Shown here: positions 59,420 to 64,000 of the stretch, one piece after another
Layout of the letters: each line of letters begins with the position of its first letter
Numbering within the stretch: position 1 is the first letter of the stretch
Source of the DNA: an uncultured Verrucomicrobiae bacterium
GTDB lineage: Bacteria > Verrucomicrobiota > Verrucomicrobiia > Chthoniobacterales > UBA10450
Reading direction: 5' to 3'
Assembly: GCA_963772365.1 (NCBI GenBank)
Contig: CAVYXA010000001.1
Coordinates: 1,152,001-1,216,000, forward strand
Length of the DNA stretch: 64,000 bases
The notes under the pieces: generated by a model
Database searches by the model: none
Seen by the model: only the letters and a program-made list of their open reading frames with translations
What the model was told of the DNA's origin: nothing
Made by a program: the position numbers and the translations under genes

Positions 59420-59674
59420 ATGCCGACAGCGCGAGATTACGAGATTCGCATTTGGTATTCGCCGGAGCCGGGCGACGAATGCTACGTGGCGCAGGTCGTT
59501 GAATGGCCATCGATCACGGCGTTTGGCGATACTCGCGAAGAAGCGGCTCGCGAGATTCAGATCGCGCTCGATCTTGCCTTAGCTTCCGCGCGAGATGCTG
59601 GAGTTAAGCCACCGTTGCCGCGGGAGACAGTTGTGCGTGAGGCGCCATCCGATTACGGCACGAGAGGCTCATAA
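59420..59674 (+). CDS. hicB: HicB family antitoxin
   Basis: YEIRIWYS..DECYVAQV.EWP..TAFGDTREEA..E. Confidence 0.85.
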   Translation: MPTARDYEIRIWYSPEPGDECYVAQVVEWPSITAFGDTREEAAREIQIALDLALASARDAGVKPPLPRETVVREAPSDYGTRGS

Positions 59675-59694
59675 GTTCAGCCAGACTATGGTTT

Positions 59695-59771
59695 GCGGCG
59701 TCGGCCGCGAAGGCGGCGAAGAAGCGTTGCGCTTCTTCACCGAGCCCAAAAACATCTGTATCGCGAAGTAG
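59695..59771 (+). repeat. 77-bp diverged copy of the ALDH 3' end (59098-59174)
   Basis: Encodes the identical peptide GVGREGGEEALRFFTEPKNICIAK*; 6 differences, all synonymous. Confidence 0.95.
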
Positions 59772-59839
59772 AATGCTACCAACGCTCGGGATGACAGCGC
59801 GGCGTTGCCCTTTACGAAATTGCCGCTTACTTATCGCAC

Positions 59840-60592
59840 GTGAAATGGTTCTTAGGGATTCTGGTCGCAACCTGGGCTGTGACCACGCCGGCAGTGTTCG
59901 CGCGCGATTACAATGATGTCGTTCTCGAGCAGATCAGAAAAATGCCGCGCGGCGGACGCTATTCTATCTCGCACGTCGCCAACATTCGCTTGCAACACTC
60001 CGCTCACTTCGAGTCGGGCAAGTTTTTCTTTCTGCCATCGGCCGCATCCCCCAGTTTCTGTTCGGGCGCGACCTATCTGGTTTTTATTCGAACCATTGAA
60101 GCTCTGCGGGCGCGAGGCGACCTTCATTTGGATTATGCAACGCTGAATCATCTCGTGATTCGCGATCAACGTGACGGCGAGGGAATTTGGGGACGCTGGA
60201 ATGCCAACGGGCCAGGCACAGCGCGCTTGTTTCACGAACTGGGTCTTGGTCACAACTTCACGAATTTCGATCATGCCAAGCCCGGCGACTTCATGAAAAT
60301 TTTTTGGAATCGACACGTTGGCCGGCACGAAAGCGGTCATTCGGTAATTTTCATGGGAACGGAAAACCGCTTTGGCCAGGAATACATTCGTTATTGGTCG
60401 AGCAATATTCCTTCCGGTTACGGTGAGAGAAGCGTCCCGCGGAAGAAGATTGCCTACGCGATTTTTTCGCGGTTGGAGCGGCCGGAGAATCTTGCGCGAA
60501 TCAACGAGGCCCCTCTGGTCGATCGTTATCTTGCGTCGCTGCTCCGCAAGAATTCCAGCTTCTCCGAAGCAGACGCGAAATGCGGTTTGTGA
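59840..60592 (+). CDS. Exported hypothetical protein, possible NlpC/P60-like papain fold
   Basis: Signal peptide; SFCSG, KPGDFMKI, GHSVIF. Confidence 0.6.
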   Translation: MKWFLGILVATWAVTTPAVFARDYNDVVLEQIRKMPRGGRYSISHVANIRLQHSAHFESGKFFFLPSAASPSFCSGATYLVFIRTIEALRARGDLHLDYATLNHLVIRDQRDGEGIWGRWNANGPGTARLFHELGLGHNFTNFDHAKPGDFMKIFWNRHVGRHESGHSVIFMGTENRFGQEYIRYWSSNIPSGYGERSVPRKKIAYAIFSRLERPENLARINEAPLVDRYLASLLRKNSSFSEADAKCGL

Positions 60593-61245
60593 TGGACGGA
60601 GAAATGCTGACGATTAACGAAATTTATCATTCGATCCAGGGCGAGAGCAGCTGGGCCGGGTGGCCCTGCGTTTTTGTCCGGCTCACAGCCTGCGATCTGC
60701 GCTGCAATTACTGCGACACGGAATACGCGTTTCACGAAGGCAAGAAGATGGAGCTCGATCACATCGTCGATCGGGTGAAGACTTTCGGCTGCAAACTGGT
60801 CGAGATCACCGGGGGAGAACCGTTGCTGCAAAAGAATGTGCTGCCTCTGATGTCGATGTTATGCGATGCCGGCCACACCGTTTTGCTCGAGACCAGCGGC
60901 ACGCACGACATTTCGCAGGTGGATGCAAGGGTTCATCGGATCATGGATTTGAAAACGCCGGGCAGCGGCGAAGTGGAAAAGAATTTCTGGGTAAACATCG
61001 ATTATCTCAGCAAGCGGGATGAAGTGAAATTCGTAATCGGCTCGCGCGAGGATTACGAATGGTCACGCGAAAAAGTGCAGCGTTTCAATCTAGATACGCG
61101 TTGTAATGCAGTTCTGTTTTCACCGATCTGGGGCCGGATCGATCCGCGCCAAATCGTGGAATGGATTCTGGCTGACAATCTCAACGTCCGTTTCCAACTT
61201 CAGATGCACAAGTTCATCTGGACTCCCACTCAGCGTGGCGTCTGA
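60592..61245 (+). CDS. queE: 7-carboxy-7-deazaguanine synthase (radical SAM)
   Basis: EIYHSIQGE, FVRLTACDLRCNYCDT, TGGEPLLQ, QLQMHKFIW. Confidence 0.9.
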   Translation: MDGEMLTINEIYHSIQGESSWAGWPCVFVRLTACDLRCNYCDTEYAFHEGKKMELDHIVDRVKTFGCKLVEITGGEPLLQKNVLPLMSMLCDAGHTVLLETSGTHDISQVDARVHRIMDLKTPGSGEVEKNFWVNIDYLSKRDEVKFVIGSREDYEWSREKVQRFNLDTRCNAVLFSPIWGRIDPRQIVEWILADNLNVRFQLQMHKFIWTPTQRGV

Positions 61246-61309
61246 TGCGAAAACGCGTTTTGCGTTGGCCATTGACCTTTTACCACAAAACCGGTACGAT
61301 CGGACTTCT

Positions 61310-61819
61310 ATGAAAAAAACGATTGCTCTAGTCCTTCTGTTGTCTTCGTCGCTGGCATTCGCTGGAACTACCTCTCTTGAAGGTACAGTAAAGGACGCGC
61401 GTGGAAACAAAGTCCAGGGAGCTGACGTCAAGATTGAAGCCAAGAACGGAAAGAGCATCATGACGAAGACAGATGCGAACGGTCACTACATCTGCAATGG
61501 ATTGGCCGTGGGCAACTATCACGTCACGCTTTTAGTGAATGGCGTAGTAAAAGCCTCGATTCTTAACGCCAAGGCTCAGGCCAAGCACCCAACGGAGCTT
61601 AACTTCGATTTAACCAACACCAGGGGCCCCCGCAAGCTGCACATGGTGTACGTGCCGACAGAAACAGGCACTCACATAGGAAGCGGGCGATGGATTACTG
61701 TCGACGAAAATGGGAATGTGGTAGGCGAAAATTCGAACGTGCAAAAGCTGGGTACCGAAGCGATCAATCAGATGCAGATGAACGCCAACGGATCCCGCTC
61801 AGCAAAAGATTCACATTAG
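61310..61819 (+). CDS. Secreted carboxypeptidase-regulatory-like domain protein
   Basis: Signal peptide; GTVKD..G..V.GADV..TKTDANGHY...L..G.Y.VT. Confidence 0.8.
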   Translation: MKKTIALVLLLSSSLAFAGTTSLEGTVKDARGNKVQGADVKIEAKNGKSIMTKTDANGHYICNGLAVGNYHVTLLVNGVVKASILNAKAQAKHPTELNFDLTNTRGPRKLHMVYVPTETGTHIGSGRWITVDENGNVVGENSNVQKLGTEAINQMQMNANGSRSAKDSH

Positions 61820-61946
61820 TCGATCTCAAACAGTGTCGCCCAAAGTGATCTCGTCGCGGAGCCAGCGCGAGATTTGAGCTCCGTTCAGTGCGAGGTCATC
61901 CTATTGCTCGGGATGACGCTCGGAAATCCGTGGTATTTTGCACCTT

Positions 61947-62309
61947 ATGCGCGCTAGACTAATAAAGGATTTCACTTTCGAAGCGGCGCAGACATTGCCA
62001 AGCGCACCAGAAGGACACAAATGCAGGCGGATGCATGGGCATAGCTTCAAAGTGGAGATTTCGGTCGAGGGAGATGTCGATCCTAAGACGGGCTGGGTTT
62101 ACGATCATGCGGAGATTTCCGAGGCGATGAAACCGCTGCTCAAAATGCTCGATCATTCGTATCTCAACGACATTGAAGGGCTGGACAATCCGACAATCGA
62201 AAATATGGCGGCGTGGTTCTGGAAAAAACTAGAGTCGAAGTGCGCCGGGCTTTGCGAAATTGTCGTGCACGAAACCCCGACGGCACGCTGCGTTTATCAA
62301 GGCGAATAA
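61947..62309 (+). CDS. queD: 6-carboxytetrahydropterin synthase
   Basis: FTFEAA, HKCRRMHGHSF, LDHSYLN, NPTIEN, ETP. Confidence 0.92.
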   Translation: MRARLIKDFTFEAAQTLPSAPEGHKCRRMHGHSFKVEISVEGDVDPKTGWVYDHAEISEAMKPLLKMLDHSYLNDIEGLDNPTIENMAAWFWKKLESKCAGLCEIVVHETPTARCVYQGE

Positions 62310-62312
62310 ATC

Positions 62313-62381
62313 TGTAGCGGCGGTCTGTGACCGTCGCCGATCCTTGAGAATAGTTTGCGACGCTCATAGAGCGCCGCTACA
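62313..62381. repeat. Family B REP doublet between convergent genes
   Basis: tgtagcggcggtctgtgaccgtcg..cgacgctcatagagcgccgctaca. Confidence 0.85.
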
Positions 62382-62393
62382 GAAAGGAGCGCT

Positions 62394-63275
62394 TTAGAAC
62401 TTCGACGCGCGGACGGTGCCAGTCTCGATGGCGGATTTGCGTTGCTCGACGATTCGGTTGGCGATCTCCTCGACCATTTGCTCGAGCAGCATGCGCAAGT
62501 GTGTGTTTGGCCGATAATCGGCGGGAGCGATGTGTTTTACCCTGTCGGCGTGTGTGGAAAGCTGGAAACATTTTTTGAATCCGGTGCGTTCCGGATCCTC
62601 CGGGTTGTAAACCGCGATCGCTTCGCCGCCGTTCTTTTTCATCACCGTGAAACAGGGCACATCGGTCGGACCATCGCCAACATAGATCATGTTTGGAAAT
62701 GGGATCGGGCGGATATCGGGGTCCATGTGATCGTTTACGTCCTGCGACATATCGAGCAGACCTTTGTTGATGCGAAACAGGAACTGCGTCTTTTGCGTGT
62801 GACTGATCACACGCTTGGGAAATGTGATCCGGCCTTCTTCTTCCTCGGCGAATTCGCAGCCGAAGATTGCGCGCACATAAGACGCGAGCCGGCTGCCTTC
62901 GATGAGAACCTTCATGCCCGACGAGATGATGTAATGCTCGACGGTGATCCCGTTCGCGACCTGCTCAGGCGTCAGCAATCCATTGCGGAACTGTTCAAAC
63001 ATCTCCGGCAGCCCTTTGTAAAAATTTAACTTGGCTCCGAGCTGTCGAAGCTCGGTGTTGGTGGGGCGATCCATGCTGAGGGTATCGAGTAGCACTTTCA
63101 TGTAGGCGAGCTCGTTATCGTAACCGGCATCGCGCACCAGCTCCGAGCATCTGCGCCAGAAATTCTCCGCTTTGATCCCGAACGCTGGAAAGATGACCTC
63201 GTCCTGCATGTAGCTCGGGCTTAGCGTCTGATCGTAATCGTAAACGATCGCGATTGTGTTTTGCGGCGTGGACAA
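62394..63275 (-). CDS. HAD-like hydrolase
   Basis: VYDYDQTLSP, IISSG, KTQFLFRINKG, YVGDGPTDVP. Confidence 0.85.
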   Translation of the reverse strand: MSTPQNTIAIVYDYDQTLSPSYMQDEVIFPAFGIKAENFWRRCSELVRDAGYDNELAYMKVLLDTLSMDRPTNTELRQLGAKLNFYKGLPEMFEQFRNGLLTPEQVANGITVEHYIISSGMKVLIEGSRLASYVRAIFGCEFAEEEEGRITFPKRVISHTQKTQFLFRINKGLLDMSQDVNDHMDPDIRPIPFPNMIYVGDGPTDVPCFTVMKKNGGEAIAVYNPEDPERTGFKKCFQLSTHADRVKHIAPADYRPNTHLRMLLEQMVEEIANRIVEQRKSAIETGTVRASKF

Positions 63276-63297
63276 GGAAACGTGATTCGTTAAAATG

Positions 63298-63933
63298 TTA
63301 CATCGAACTAGTCAGCCGCGAAAAAAAATCCTCGAACAGGCTGGCGTAGTAGGCAGCGTCGCGCTCCGGATGATATTGGACGCCTAACACAAAGGGCCGA
63401 TGCCGAAGCCGAACCTGCTCGATGATGTCATCGCTGGCGCTCCACGCTTCTATTTCCAAGCCATTCCCCAAACGATCGATCGCTTGATGATGCGCGCTAT
63501 TGACACGCACGAATCGATGCTCGGCACTAGCCGCAGTTCGCAACGGCTGAACATTCTGATCTTTCTGTTCCTCCTCGCGGTGCCCGGGAATATCGAGCTT
63601 GAGCGACCCGCCGAGGGCTACGTTCAGAACCTGAATGCCTCGGCAAATCGCCAGGATCGGCAGCCCCCGCGACAATGCGTTCTCGACAGCAGCAAATTCC
63701 CATTCGTCACGCACAGGATCGACATCTTTTTCAAGCACCGATGGATCGACAACTTCCTGCTTCAGATATTGCACCGAGATATCGGAGCCACCGGTGAGAA
63801 GAAGACCATGCATACCCGCCACTGAGATTTGCCCCGTCGCCGCATTCCAAAAGTTAATTTGAGAAAATCTGCCAAGGATCGGGCGAAACCATGTTTGGTC
63901 TTTTTCTCTGATCCAGGTCGCGAGATTAGGCAT
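63298..63933 (-). CDS. Peptidase C26 / gamma-glutamyl-GABA hydrolase family amidotransferase
   Basis: LLLTGGSD, ICRGIQVLNV, NSAHHQA, GVQYHPE. Confidence 0.9.
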   Translation of the reverse strand: MPNLATWIREKDQTWFRPILGRFSQINFWNAATGQISVAGMHGLLLTGGSDISVQYLKQEVVDPSVLEKDVDPVRDEWEFAAVENALSRGLPILAICRGIQVLNVALGGSLKLDIPGHREEEQKDQNVQPLRTAASAEHRFVRVNSAHHQAIDRLGNGLEIEAWSASDDIIEQVRLRHRPFVLGVQYHPERDAAYYASLFEDFFSRLTSSM

Positions 63934-64000
63934 CTGTTAGTAGTCCCTTCAGCTTAAACGATTCCGACTTTGGAGAGCGTCGGTGCAAAACCAGCATGAG

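Noticed and set aside
60592..62309. queE/queD as a 7-deazaguanine DNA-modification (dpd) defence system
   Set aside because: No dpdA/TGT-like or other dpd genes nearby; consistent with ordinary queuosine synthesis.
63934..64000. Possible 3' end of an upstream minus-strand gene
   Set aside because: Too short to assign a frame or product.

Overview
Bacterial chromosome segment with moderately high GC. Gene content and secreted-protein architecture suggest Verrucomicrobiota, probably a Chthoniobacterales-like soil lineage (inference). The backbone is housekeeping genes: lpxK, thrB, acs, mnmA, secA, sdhCAB, ispE, pyrF, radC, lpxA, moeA, queE, queD and tRNA-Ser(GCT). Accessory blocks are: (i) about 8 kb between duplicated mnmA-3'/cutA units, carrying a frameshifted LamG/dockerin-like surface protein, HicBA, an ECF sigma factor, a REP-associated tyrosine transposase (RAYT) and a TPR Ser/Thr kinase; (ii) a ~9 kb defence island at tRNA-Ser with no integrase, carrying a Type I R-M system whose hsdR has a nonsense codon, two MazF/PemK-like modules and an orphan DUF433 antitoxin; (iii) a HicAB cassette after an aldehyde dehydrogenase. 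The most striking pattern is that cargo repeatedly sits beside a diverged second copy of the neighbouring gene's end (ALDH 3', mnmA 3'+cutA, ECF 5', hsdM 3', ECF-3'/RAYT-5'), with no integrase in the window. At least six families of REP-like palindromes occur, some translated in frame inside proteins and some overlapping start or stop codons. All family assignments come from motif recognition by eye, not database searches.
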